Source: Flectonema sp. DT1601 (lineage: Eukaryota). From it: DNA of 64,000 bases. The stretch's first letter is position 1, and every line of letters starts with the position of its first letter. The notes beneath the pieces are model-generated. The model did no database searches, had not been told where the DNA came from, and saw only the letters and a program-made list of their open reading frames with translations. Positions 34,107 to 44,671 of this stretch are shown piece by piece. The position numbers and the translations under genes are program-made. The stretch covers positions 186,001 to 250,000 of the forward strand of contig OZ025798.1 of the NCBI GenBank assembly GCA_964019425.1, in the 5' to 3' direction.

Positions 34107-36002
34107 CTACATCAAACGAGCGCTAGGAAATGCAACAATGTCGGAGGGAATTGGAGGAGGTGATGTAGGACGACTTCTCAAATCATATGCAAGTCGTTTA
34201 GCGAGAGTAACAACATCAGGAATGCCATCATCAGCAATTGAAATTGAAGGAGAAGAAATAACAGTCCCGACTCCAAGAGCTCTATTCACAGCAGTAAACA
34301 GATCAGCAGAAGTCGGATCAGATGCCGGTGTTCGAATTGACTTCTTCCTCGAAAAGGACATCTCTCTCGATGTCGAAGGATGATGAGATACAAATGGAAA
34401 GTGTGGAAGATTATAACCGTGAAAACTACAACTCTGTAACCGCTGTTGTACATCCTCTTCCTCATTATCTTCCGGAAGTGTAAACGGCGGAGGAATTGAA
34501 GTACTGCTCGTCTCAATACTCTTTTGATAGTTTTCAGATAAATTAATATTATCAGGTTTTGGTTGTTGGCGGATGTTCTGCTTCCTCGCTGTTTCAGCAG
34601 CACGAACTGCCTTCATCATCAACATCTTGAAATTAGGATCACCAACGTTCCCATACTTCGATAGGTTTATTCCCTCAAATGATTTGTGTAGTTCCAGATC
34701 TTCTTGAGTGTTAATATTTAATTGCGGAATAGGACAGCTGACAGGTGTTACTAACACTTCGCTAGGAGGAGTTCTAATTGGTGTTACGTTACTAACTGAT
34801 GTGATGTTCGTAGCGGATGGTGTTGATTTAGTGCCTCTCTTTACTTTCTTTCTTCGTTTCTTCTTTGCAGGAGTTACAGTACCTTGTCCAGTAGGAAGTC
34901 CAATATCATAATCAAAGAGAGAATCTTTATCGATGATATCTTCTGTTGCAACTCTAAGTACTGACGCTAGTGATTCTTGTGCTGGAGTACTTAGCGGAAG
35001 AGCTGAAAGGTGTTGTCCGCTTACTGTTGGTGTTGCTGAGTAACCAAAATGTTGATCTTCTGATGCTCTTGATACTGTCAGATGAGGAACATCAATTGGG
35101 AGTGGTTCTACGTCCGTACTGACACTCGGGACTGTGTTTCCTAATATCCCTTTTTGTAAAGATGCGATTGTCGCTACTAAATCTTCTTGTGGAGAGAACT
35201 GTGAAGGGTTCAGACAAACAGTTTCTTCTAAATTATTAACACTTTGACCAAGAGCTTGATTAAGACTTCCAATTGTCTGAGCTAACAACTCTTCACGTGT
35301 TGCTGACTCTACTGTGGCTCCTAAATTCTGTCGAGGTGATGTCAGGTAATTATCAGGTGATTGCCTAATAGTTCCACCCATTTGATGAGAGGCTGTACTA
35401 AGTGACGCCCCCAAGTTACCAATTGCAGGAGATCCTAAATAAGACTGAGGAGCAGCATTACCACCGTATGGAGTGGCAACTGGTGGTGACATACTACTCA
35501 TAGACGCTGTAAGGTATTGATTACCAACAGTTAAATGGTTTTGACCTGAAGGTGTTTGAATACTTCCAATAGAATTACCATTCATAAGATTATTAGGAAT
35601 TGGTAAATGTTGTTGAGATGTATAATGACTACTCGTAGACACTCCTAGATTATCTTTTGGAACAGAGAGCAATGGAGTACTCTTCATATTTAGTTGATTG
35701 CTAACAACTTGACTCAATCCCAATTGTTGTATTGTTGCAGTCAGACTGGCAATTGTGTCTTCTAATTTATTTCTACTGCTACCTCCAACCACACTAACTG
35801 ACTGGTTACCAGGAGGATTACTCGTACCTGCACTTGGGTATAATATTGGAGTATTGTTCTGTGAAGTTTCAATCATCAACTCACCCAGTAATGGAGGTTG
35901 TGATGCAGGTTGAATCACATCACTAGCTGGTGTTGGTGCACTCGGATATAATAATGGAGGAGGTCTCGGGATAGAGTCTCTCCAGTTCTTCCGTTGCGGC
36001 AT
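34107..36002 (-). CDS. Uncharacterised low-complexity S/T/P/Q-rich protein, 631 aa
   Basis: Long ORF with acceptor ttaaacAG just upstream. Basic patch KKKRRKKVKR and a repeated TI(A/G)SL motif. Confidence 0.7.
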   Translation of the reverse strand: MPQRKNWRDSIPRPPPLLYPSAPTPASDVIQPASQPPLLGELMIETSQNNTPILYPSAGTSNPPGNQSVSVVGGSSRNKLEDTIASLTATIQQLGLSQVVSNQLNMKSTPLLSVPKDNLGVSTSSHYTSQQHLPIPNNLMNGNSIGSIQTPSGQNHLTVGNQYLTASMSSMSPPVATPYGGNAAPQSYLGSPAIGNLGASLSTASHQMGGTIRQSPDNYLTSPRQNLGATVESATREELLAQTIGSLNQALGQSVNNLEETVCLNPSQFSPQEDLVATIASLQKGILGNTVPSVSTDVEPLPIDVPHLTVSRASEDQHFGYSATPTVSGQHLSALPLSTPAQESLASVLRVATEDIIDKDSLFDYDIGLPTGQGTVTPAKKKRRKKVKRGTKSTPSATNITSVSNVTPIRTPPSEVLVTPVSCPIPQLNINTQEDLELHKSFEGINLSKYGNVGDPNFKMLMMKAVRAAETARKQNIRQQPKPDNINLSENYQKSIETSSTSIPPPFTLPEDNEEEDVQQRLQSCSFHGYNLPHFPFVSHHPSTSREMSFSRKKSIRTPASDPTSADLFTAVNRALGVGTVISSPSISIADDGIPDVVTLAKRLAYDLRSRPTSPPPIPSDIVAFPSARLM

Positions 36003-36255
36003 TTTTGGAAAATCTGTTTAAAAAAAAAAAAAAAAAATCGATTTTCTCGAATCACATGTACCCCAACAGTCGCAAAGTATTTCGTTCCTCAGGTGAACCT
36101 AATAGAGAATAATTATGTCGTAAGTGTGTCACATTACTATAAAAAAATAAAATAAAAATGGTTGTTGGCAACCAACTGTTGGAGAGCTAGGAGAATGGTG
36201 CTGCTCGGAAACAAGCAGCTCCTTAACGAGATGATGTAATATAGAAAACGGAAAG

Positions 36256-39132
36256 TTAATTGTGTGAATCGTTGAAAAACCTGAATACAGCTTTACCAGG
36301 GAGCTCACCAATAACATCAGCTATACTACTCTCCGAAGCCTGCGACAACATCGCAATAGATGAAAAGTTTTTTCCAATCTGTGGTAAGTTATGAGGTGTA
36401 ATCCCGGGTATTTTCTTAAGAAATTCAATCGCAGCATCCGTGTGATTGATATTTCTATCTGAAGCGGCGTCTTCTGAAGGTTCAGGTCGTCCTCTTTTGA
36501 TTTCTTCGAAAAGTAAAGCAGTCATCGCCTGGTCCCTTGACCATAATATTTTTAGGGAAGGAAACAACACCGAGAGCGCGATTAGCTTTTCCAAGCAGTT
36601 TGAAGTTTTTTCAGCTGGAGTTAGTCGTTCTGTGAGCCATAATTTTTTATCAAATCTCGAATTTTGAAAATTCCAAGTTTCACCAGCGGTAAGGCAGAAT
36701 GGTAGGTTTCCCTCAAACTCAATCAACAACACCGGAGTTAAATATTTCTTATCTAAAGCTTCAATCTGTTGAAGTAGTCTTCCAGATTGAAGTGAACCCA
36801 TGAGATCAGGTACTGACTTTCTCTCAACAGCTATGTCATCAGTAAGAACGTAGTCAGCAACTTCAATAAAGACTGGAATTGGTACTAATCTACTTCTGTA
36901 AATGGCACTCGGTAGTTTACAACGGAATTCTCGAGTATCAACCAACACTTTACCTCCACTTCGAATGCAAGAAAGTAATCCTCCTCCTCGTTTTGAACGA
37001 ACTGGTGCAAGACTACCTTCACTTTGCGGATTTGTGTTGTTTGCTGATGCTAACGATTCATTGCTAGCGAGTGATGCTCTTCGTTGTGCTAACCATTTAA
37101 ATGCTTTCATTTCATTGTTAATTGCAGTTAGAGTCTTTTGTTGTTCTGTACTATCTGAATTACCCATAACATACACACGAGTTCTCCAGTCCGGGTGTGT
37201 CATCGCGTAGACTTCCATCTTTCTAATTGCTGCCATATTAGGATCATAAAGAATAATCCATCCTGGTTGAGTACCTTCTAATAGTTCACTACATTGATAG
37301 GACGTGTGGATTATTATATTAGGTCCTGACCCACCTCCAAATATCGTGAAATTCTGATCAATTTCGAGTGATAACATGTCCCTCGTAGTGCTTTGTTTTT
37401 TACTTGCGAGAGATGGTTCGTTTTTCTTCTTCTTAATGGATGATTGAGAACGACTATGGGATCGTTTTGATAATAGTCGTTGTTGGGGTTCTTGTTCTCC
37501 CTGAATAGGATTTGAGATATCCGCATCATCATCACTGTCAGAACTATTTAATGTCATCGCTAGAGGGTCGTCAGATGATGAATCAAATGGTTCATTTAGA
37601 GAAGGTTGAGTAAGATCAATCTCAGCGTCATCATCATCATCATGTAAATCAAAGCATCCATCAGGGATAGCAACCTCACAACTATTCTGAATTGTCTCAA
37701 CTAACTCTGATCTATCATAGTAATGATTAACTTGTTCATTATTATCTTCTTCTTGGTAGTCTTTCTGTTTCTCTTTTGGATGAAGTTCTTTAAGTTGACT
37801 CGCCATCATATTTGATTCTTTGTAGTTGTTATTAACGTATCTTTTTAGTAGATTCTGCATCACTGCGTGTTCACCGTTGTGAATAACTCTTTGAACATTA
37901 TACAAAGACTGTCTGTCCTTAACTAATATTAGTACAGTTGGTCGTTGTTCTCCTGTAAACGTTGCACCTTGAGCAAGTGAATTGTATCCAGGTCCCATTG
38001 TTTTCCAGTCAGACTTTATGTCTTTGAGAATTTCAGTGAGAATACTGAAGGATTGCTCGCGTTCTAAATCAATTTTTCCAAATCTGAGAATTCTTGACTT
38101 TGCCTGAGGTAGAAGTAACCTTGCTCCTGCAGACATCAGCCACGATGAGGGTGCTGCACCTCCGATTGATCCTTCTGCGATTTGAATTTGATATTCGAGG
38201 TGTTCGAGAAAGTCAACAGAAGTCATCGAATGCAATTTATTTAACAACTTCTTAAGAACTTCAAGCTCTGATAATACTTGTTTTATAGTACTACTGATGG
38301 TATTCGTACTACCAATTTCCTCTTTGATATATCTAGAGAGAGAACCTGCGATGACCCCGGCAGCTGATAGCTCAAAGGACGTTCCAGGTTGTTGTTTTGG
38401 TAGTTTATTTTTAAGCTCAGAAATCATATCATCGATTATGCTGATGAAAGAATTTTGCAAAGCAGCTACACTACGTGGAAGTTTTGCTTGCATCTCAACT
38501 ACTTCAAGAGGTGCCTTTTCTGTCAAGTCTTTTTGAACTTGAACATGAAACCTTGGCCACAACCAAACTGTGTTAATACATAAGTTTTTTAACAACATAT
38601 TCAAATCAATTGATTTATGAATGAACGTATCAGGTGAATCTGTTATGCAATGAAATGATGTTTCCGGTGATTTTTCTTTAATCATTCTTAATATAAATGA
38701 TTCTGGAGAGTCTCTTGAAGAGACCTGGTGAGCATTCCAAACGACACATCTTTTTAATCTTTTATCAGGACCAGACAGCTGAAGCCTACCAGATAATATA
38801 TCCACGATGAGGTAATTCGAAGCGACACTGCAAACTTGCCCATTGCTGTATTGATCTTCCCTTACTTTGGGAGTTATTTCTAAGTGAAGTTTTGACGGAT
38901 GTCTCTCTCTTTCAATACCTCTTCTTGTTAAATGATCATCGACGTATCTTTCAAATTCCGCAGTTGTGTTTAATATTAAAGTTAATCCTTCATTATTATT
39001 CTCAATTAGAATTCCAATCATTTTTGATACGACTTGAAGAGCACCCAATCCAGCAGCAGTAACTAACAATCCAGAATCACTTACCAGATTTGAAGTCATC
39101 GAATCGAGAAATGTTTTTTTATTTGTCATCAT
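36256..39132 (-). CDS. ERCC4: DNA repair endonuclease XPF (ERCC4/Rad1)
   Basis: LWPRFHVQV and ILYDPNMAAIRKMEVY in the inactive helicase-like part. Nuclease VDTREF...ADYVL...VERKSVPDL..SL.SGRL and C-terminal HhH (LKKIPGI). Confidence 0.92.
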   Translation of the reverse strand: MMTNKKTFLDSMTSNLVSDSGLLVTAAGLGALQVVSKMIGILIENNNEGLTLILNTTAEFERYVDDHLTRRGIERERHPSKLHLEITPKVREDQYSNGQVCSVASNYLIVDILSGRLQLSGPDKRLKRCVVWNAHQVSSRDSPESFILRMIKEKSPETSFHCITDSPDTFIHKSIDLNMLLKNLCINTVWLWPRFHVQVQKDLTEKAPLEVVEMQAKLPRSVAALQNSFISIIDDMISELKNKLPKQQPGTSFELSAAGVIAGSLSRYIKEEIGSTNTISSTIKQVLSELEVLKKLLNKLHSMTSVDFLEHLEYQIQIAEGSIGGAAPSSWLMSAGARLLLPQAKSRILRFGKIDLEREQSFSILTEILKDIKSDWKTMGPGYNSLAQGATFTGEQRPTVLILVKDRQSLYNVQRVIHNGEHAVMQNLLKRYVNNNYKESNMMASQLKELHPKEKQKDYQEEDNNEQVNHYYDRSELVETIQNSCEVAIPDGCFDLHDDDDDAEIDLTQPSLNEPFDSSSDDPLAMTLNSSDSDDDADISNPIQGEQEPQQRLLSKRSHSRSQSSIKKKKNEPSLASKKQSTTRDMLSLEIDQNFTIFGGGSGPNIIIHTSYQCSELLEGTQPGWIILYDPNMAAIRKMEVYAMTHPDWRTRVYVMGNSDSTEQQKTLTAINNEMKAFKWLAQRRASLASNESLASANNTNPQSEGSLAPVRSKRGGGLLSCIRSGGKVLVDTREFRCKLPSAIYRSRLVPIPVFIEVADYVLTDDIAVERKSVPDLMGSLQSGRLLQQIEALDKKYLTPVLLIEFEGNLPFCLTAGETWNFQNSRFDKKLWLTERLTPAEKTSNCLEKLIALSVLFPSLKILWSRDQAMTALLFEEIKRGRPEPSEDAASDRNINHTDAAIEFLKKIPGITPHNLPQIGKNFSSIAMLSQASESSIADVIGELPGKAVFRFFNDSHN

Positions 39133-39451
39133 TGTTGTGTCTGTTTTGAGTAGACGATGACCTGAAAGAATTAAAAATAGAGTAAATAATTTTCAACAAA
39201 AAAAAGTTAAAAGTAAGTCAAAACAGTCAAAAACAGCAACACAAACTCTGCCGCAAGCGACTGCTTGACTACGATTTTTTTTATAAACATAAAAGAAACC
39301 GGAATATAGAGGAAAAAAACATAAGGATAAAGGCATAAGAGCCCGATAACACATGTTCTAAAACAAGTTGCCATACATACGGGATTAGCAATGTGTTAGT
39401 ATATTGTGAAACCGGAATATAAAAATAAATAATAAAGGTGAGTAATGCATA

Positions 39452-40066
39452 TTACAGACTGTAGCGAAAGTCAGAATCCATTTCATCATTTATAGGAGGG
39501 CACATTGGTTTACTGTATTCGTTACCAATACCGGCACAAACACGGTTGAAGAATATTGAATAAGGAGCATCAGAAGCAATCAGTTTTAAGATTAGTTCTT
39601 CTTGCTTGTCAGCTAAGTCTTCAAGAAATGTTTGAAGTCCAATAAAAGGATATTTGTCCAACTCTTTCAATTCTGTTTCGGATTTCTTGTTGCTGCTACT
39701 TCCCAGGTCACGAAGTAATGAATAAGGGATGAATTGACCACTTTTTTCGTATTCATCACTTCCTTGTTCTTGAACAACAAAAGCAAAATCGTTTGCAACC
39801 CTGCTGATACTCTTTTCTTTTATCCATTCTTCCTTCTCTTCTTGAAATTTAAATGATCCTACATAAGGACGCTCCTTACTAGCACTTGACCAAACATCAA
39901 CTTCATTTGCGAAGGCTGAACAGGCAGGGCACTCCATATATTCATGATTCCAACGGGTTTCAATTCGATCTTTTCCTATTCCGTTATCATTTTTCATCCG
40001 TGCCCTCTTCGCTCCAACAGCTGTCACTAAGGATAATACAAGAAGGGTTGTAGCAACATGCATCAT
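39452..40066 (-). CDS. Predicted secreted/ER protein with a saposin-like (canopy-like) Cys pattern
   Basis: Signal-like MMHVATTLLVLSLVTAVGA from the ATG at 40066. CPAC near the N-terminus and C..C near the C-terminus. Confidence 0.55.
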   Translation of the reverse strand: MMHVATTLLVLSLVTAVGAKRARMKNDNGIGKDRIETRWNHEYMECPACSAFANEVDVWSSASKERPYVGSFKFQEEKEEWIKEKSISRVANDFAFVVQEQGSDEYEKSGQFIPYSLLRDLGSSSNKKSETELKELDKYPFIGLQTFLEDLADKQEELILKLIASDAPYSIFFNRVCAGIGNEYSKPMCPPINDEMDSDFRYSL

Positions 40067-41247
40067 ATTGTAGGTGCACAAGAACTTGCGCTGTTTGATA
40101 ACGAAAAAGTATTTTTTTTTTCTCTGATCGCTTAGAACTAGATAAATCTCCGACCCTATCATTACAGTCAGAGAACAATTGGAGTTGCTGAAGGGTACAA
40201 ACTAAATACTCCTCTGAGACACATCTGTAGCAACTAAAAAAAAAAAAAAAAAAAAACGAATTCTAACAAAATTAAAAAAATATCATAAAAACAAGGAAGA
40301 GTGATACGCATAGACAGTGCTGTTCTTTTTTTTTTCTTCTTAAATAGGTTCGCTAATATGTGTTCGTATTAACGGGATCAACAGAACCGTGTGGTCTGCC
40401 AACGATTCGAGGAGCGTACTACTTGCTAATGATTTTGTTTGAAAAGAAATACCAATCAACCTAGTTACAACAAGTAAGCTACGTGGCATGAATACCAACG
40501 TTTTATTACGAGAAGGAAATCCTAAGTATGGATTAAGTCAGTCGATGCTTTCTATTTTTTTTTTTTTTTTTTTTTGAATTTTTGAAATGGAATACATTGA
40601 AATCCAATCAATCGGATCCAATAATTCGGGTCAACCTTTTTAAGATGTCACAAGTACCTCACTCACTGGATAGTTGAAAGGAATGAAATACAACTTAAGC
40701 TGCAGGCGGAAATAATTTGAATTTTTGAAATAAAAAAAACAATGAAAACTGACATCTACAGTAAAAAGATTTGTTAACATAGTTAACAGTTCTAAAAATA
40801 ATCAGGAAAAAAGAAACTCCATCCGGGATTAAGCAACTACAACGACGTTAAAGTCCTTCATTTGCAAGTGTTGTCCAACAGATCTTGTCGGAGTGTAAAG
40901 GATGAATTATTAAGGACTACTACGAAGAGCAGTAATCAGCAGGGAATAGGAGCGTCAAAAAAGATTTAACACAAAACACTCATTTAGAATAGGCAATTCA
41001 AAGCATGAAAAGGGATTCGAACCTACTCGACTGTTGTCTATTTAATGTGCTGCTCAGAATGAAACAACCACTACAACTGTTCATCCGAGCAAAACAGTGT
41101 CTTTTACTAAGGGTAAGAAAATACAAAGAAATAACAAACAAAAAACCATTCTGCAGCTTTGTGGTGCATTGATTGACCACCTTTACGACAATAATGGGGG
41201 AACGGAGATGTACAAAACAATAATTATTCTATGTGAGATGATTACGT

Positions 41248-41992
41248 TCATGTAAACCGTCCAGTAAAGCTAACATCAAAAGAACCATCCAGGGCAATAG
41301 AAGTTATTTTTCCAGTATACTCTTTTCCATCAATGATTGCAGTTATGACATCACCTGTTACGTGAGATTTGTTCTCGTCGATTGGCTTTGGTCCTAATTT
41401 GTCCCTTAGTGCCATAGGGTAGTCATCAACCCAATCTACGATTTTTGCACCAGCACTCGCATACTTTGTGCACATTTTATTTAAGACAACTGTAGCAGGG
41501 TACTTTCCTCCTGCTATGTGATCAACGAGTGCTGGGATCTGTATTTGTTATTATTATTATTATTATTATCGGTTATTCTGATTATCAATGTTTTTATGGT
41601 GAGTAACAAACCTTCTCCATTCCCTCAGGATCGTATTCGCTGTAAAATCGATCAAATCTGAACTTTAGAAGTGCGCGGGGCTGTTTTTTTATTATTATTT
41701 TATATTTCAAACCTATCAATCAAGTGATAGATAAAATACGAAAGGATACCTTGACTCCCATCCAATCACTTGAATTAACACCGTCAGAACTGTGAAGTTG
41801 ACAAAGTCTCGCAGCAGCACCATCAAGAGTAACTTCTCCAGATTGAACTTCTTCAACCAATTCATCAATCTCACTCATCCTCTCTGGACAGTACAACGTA
41901 TAAAATGCATCGAGTAAGAATCTAGTTCTGTTGAACCTATCAGGAGATGATGCTGGAGGTTGAGTTCGGATTCTAGCAGTTGAGAACACCAT
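41248..41992 (-). CDS. Small protein with two FY..Y.PE helical repeats and a C-terminal Tudor/SH3-like segment. Exons 41992-41750, 41680-41612, 41538-41248
   Basis: Introns 41681-41749 (GTATCC..aaaaCAG) and 41539-41611 (GTTTGT..aataCAG) join two track ORFs in frame via PRALLKFRFDRFYSEYDPEGMEK|IPALVDHI. Confidence 0.75.
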
Positions 41993-42501
41993 TTTGAGAT
42001 ATGAGACTTTTTAGACTTTTTTTTACTGTTTTTTAGAAGAAAAAGTAATTACTCTTTTTTACTTTTGGATGCTAACGAATATCTTCATGTGTATAGATTT
42101 TGCTGTATATAATTAAATATAAACAAAACTAAATAAAACATGCGGAGGACTGACCGACTATTCTGATTTATTACTGCGACCCTTCAGCAATTATCCAGGC
42201 TGAAGATGATAAAGACTAGCCTACTAGAATGTTTACTTTGTGTTTGTTATAAAATCGTTTTTTAAAAAAAGCAACAAAACGAAAAATTGAAAAATAAAAA
42301 CTTTTTTTTTCTTCCTTAAAACTCCAAAAAAAAACTTTCTCCCTCATTTCTACAGATCACATGGCACTCGAAATGGTGCTTGCAGTGAAGTGAGTAAGTC
42401 ACAGAGAGAAGTTAATTTATGGACAGAAGAAAAAAAAAAACCAACCACCTACCTCCCTTAATAACTCGTAGTGAGTTGAATTAAGCGAGGTATTAGGTAG
42501 G

Positions 42502-44586
42502 TCAACTACTACACTTTATTTGAGGATCGCGAAGGGTCCAAAGATCAGGTCTGAAAGTCATCAAAGTAAGACCACCACCAGTCACATCAGTCGAACGGAT
42601 ATCAAAAGCATTCAAGATTGACGTGGCTATGAATGAACGATAGCCTCCAGCACAGTATGTTATTATTTGTTTTATTTCTTTGAATTGTTCTGTTGAGTCA
42701 GTTGTGATTAAACGTTTTAAATCTTCCAACGGAACATGTTTAACATCCTGAATAGCTTGCGCTGAATATTCCACAGAAGATCTAATGTCAAGCAGCTCTT
42801 CTGATGACAATAAAACCGTATCATCGTAGCTACTTATCCTTTCTAATGGACTTAATGAATACTGATGATTTCCAGGTGATGGTAATATTAAAAATGAAAT
42901 CACAAAATCTAATAACCCAGTAGTAGATAATCTAGAAATCCCTTCTTTAACCTGTCCATGGGATGACACTCCGCATATAATTTTCAATTTCGAATGACGT
43001 TCTATAAGAGAAGCGCAAAATGCTTCAAACCTTATACTATCTAACATAGGTATTGAAAGACTTCCTTTTATATAACCTCGACTGTAATCATCTTGTGATC
43101 GAATATCGAGTAATAAAGGACACAACTCAACATCTGTTTCTTCTGTTTTTCCAGGAGATAAATGATACAGCAATCCGTGTCTTGCCTTAGTAGAGTCCCA
43201 CGACCATCCAGATTTCATTTTCTCACACAATGTCATCACTTCAGGGTTTTGTTGTAAGGGTTTGACTCCAATATAACCTCTCTTGTTGTCAGAATAGAAT
43301 TTCTTAAAGGTGGTAGGGAATGGTATCTTTATTGACTTTCCATCGTAGAGAGGGAGAACGTGAGACAAAAAGGCTTCTTTGCCAGAATCCTTAGCAGAGC
43401 GTTTATGACCAGGGATGAGACCCAAAGGGTGATTCGATTCTAGTAATAGCCTCCATCGACAGCATAACTTTGGTTCGACGGTGTGTGCGCAGAACATCAT
43501 ACCAACACGAGCTGGGAAAACAACGCAATTCGAAGTATTGATTTCATCTGAAGAAAAGTTCTTAACGAGCAGTGAAAGTGAATCAAATAATTGTTCTGCT
43601 GAAGTACGAAGGATTGTTTCCTTTGAGTCTTTGTCTTGATGTTCTGCTGCTTCATACTCACAATCAATTCTACCAACAGTATCCATCAACAGAGAACAAC
43701 CAGGAAATAGAGCAACAGGAACATTATCAGCGACAATTGAATACGAAACAGAGTCATCCGTGTATCCAGGTGTACTCCAGCATTGAATCCAACAGTTGTC
43801 TTTACTTAATTTAATCTTATGATCACCCGTCACTGTAGTGCTATCGAATGATGATTGATCTGATGACTTCCCCGTGATAATTGAACAACAAGTCTCTCTT
43901 TGAAGAGCTGCATGTCCACTTAAGGTATCAATTACTGTGTGTGTCAGGAGTACTGAAGAGATTGTTACAGATTCTTTATGAGCTAATTTTAAATAAAGAT
44001 TCACATCGAGGATTGGATCTATGACGTATCCTTTTCCAGATTCCTTATCAGCGATAAAAATAGAAGCAGCAGACAATCCAGGATGAGGAATATGAACAAC
44101 TGTAAGCCAGTCTGAAACACCTGCATCACGAGTCAGTTTATCTCCTCTCCAAAATGGAAGAGATGCACGCAGTGATGAACAGCCATTCATAATTCTAACT
44201 CCGTTAATAAAACATAATGGAGTGTCTGTTGTAACATCACCATAGCCATTCTTATCTAACCATTCTCTGTATCTCTGTGGAGGCATTAGTTGTAACCATA
44301 GTCGAAGATCATCGACGTAGTTTGTTCGAACAGCTCGTACTTGTTTTGCTGTTTCTTTTGCTTCTTCGATTTTATTTGATGAAATAATTGCTATTTTATC
44401 CATAAGTGATGATGGTATTTTATTCCCTTCTTCTAAATGTTCCCATCTAGAGATCATGTTTGACAGCAAGTCTTCATCAACACCTCCTTCACTGCATGGA
44501 GCTGCTCGTTTTCTGCTTTCGACAACTTCTTCTGAGATACCCATTTCCGCATGCAACCACTGTTTGCGGGCTGCATCTTCACTCAT
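42502..44586 (-). CDS. Metallo-beta-lactamase-fold + double rhodanese fusion (persulfide dioxygenase-like) with a degenerate metal site
   Basis: GYVIDP, LLTHTVIDTLSGH, TPGYT, VGRID. Rhodanese segments LLDIRS...YIKGSLSIP and LLDIRS...YCAGGYRS. Likely ATG at 44586 after the aaaacAG acceptor. Confidence 0.8.
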   Translation of the reverse strand: MSEDAARKQWLHAEMGISEEVVESRKRAAPCSEGGVDEDLLSNMISRWEHLEEGNKIPSSLMDKIAIISSNKIEEAKETAKQVRAVRTNYVDDLRLWLQLMPPQRYREWLDKNGYGDVTTDTPLCFINGVRIMNGCSSLRASLPFWRGDKLTRDAGVSDWLTVVHIPHPGLSAASIFIADKESGKGYVIDPILDVNLYLKLAHKESVTISSVLLTHTVIDTLSGHAALQRETCCSIITGKSSDQSSFDSTTVTGDHKIKLSKDNCWIQCWSTPGYTDDSVSYSIVADNVPVALFPGCSLLMDTVGRIDCEYEAAEHQDKDSKETILRTSAEQLFDSLSLLVKNFSSDEINTSNCVVFPARVGMMFCAHTVEPKLCCRWRLLLESNHPLGLIPGHKRSAKDSGKEAFLSHVLPLYDGKSIKIPFPTTFKKFYSDNKRGYIGVKPLQQNPEVMTLCEKMKSGWSWDSTKARHGLLYHLSPGKTEETDVELCPLLLDIRSQDDYSRGYIKGSLSIPMLDSIRFEAFCASLIERHSKLKIICGVSSHGQVKEGISRLSTTGLLDFVISFLILPSPGNHQYSLSPLERISSYDDTVLLSSEELLDIRSSVEYSAQAIQDVKHVPLEDLKRLITTDSTEQFKEIKQIITYCAGGYRSFIATSILNAFDIRSTDVTGGGLTLMTFRPDLWTLRDPQIKCSS

Positions 44587-44671
44587 GGTATGTGTCTGTT
44601 TTAAAAAAATAGATGTAAGTATATTTATTATTGGGTTTACTCTGTTTGCTTTCTGCAATAGATTCGTATCA

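Noticed and set aside
41010..41090. tRNA or tRNA-Sec (GCTCGGATGA start, GGTTCGAATCC T-loop), or a SECIS element
   Set aside because: No acceptor stem or anticodon arm can be formed. The hairpin lacks the GA partner of the SECIS quartet, and the upstream TGA is followed by TAA two codons later.
1365..44586. Sulfur-metabolism cluster (lyase plus MBL-rhodanese)
   Set aside because: The genes are 40 kb apart with unrelated genes between them; no evidence of functional linkage.
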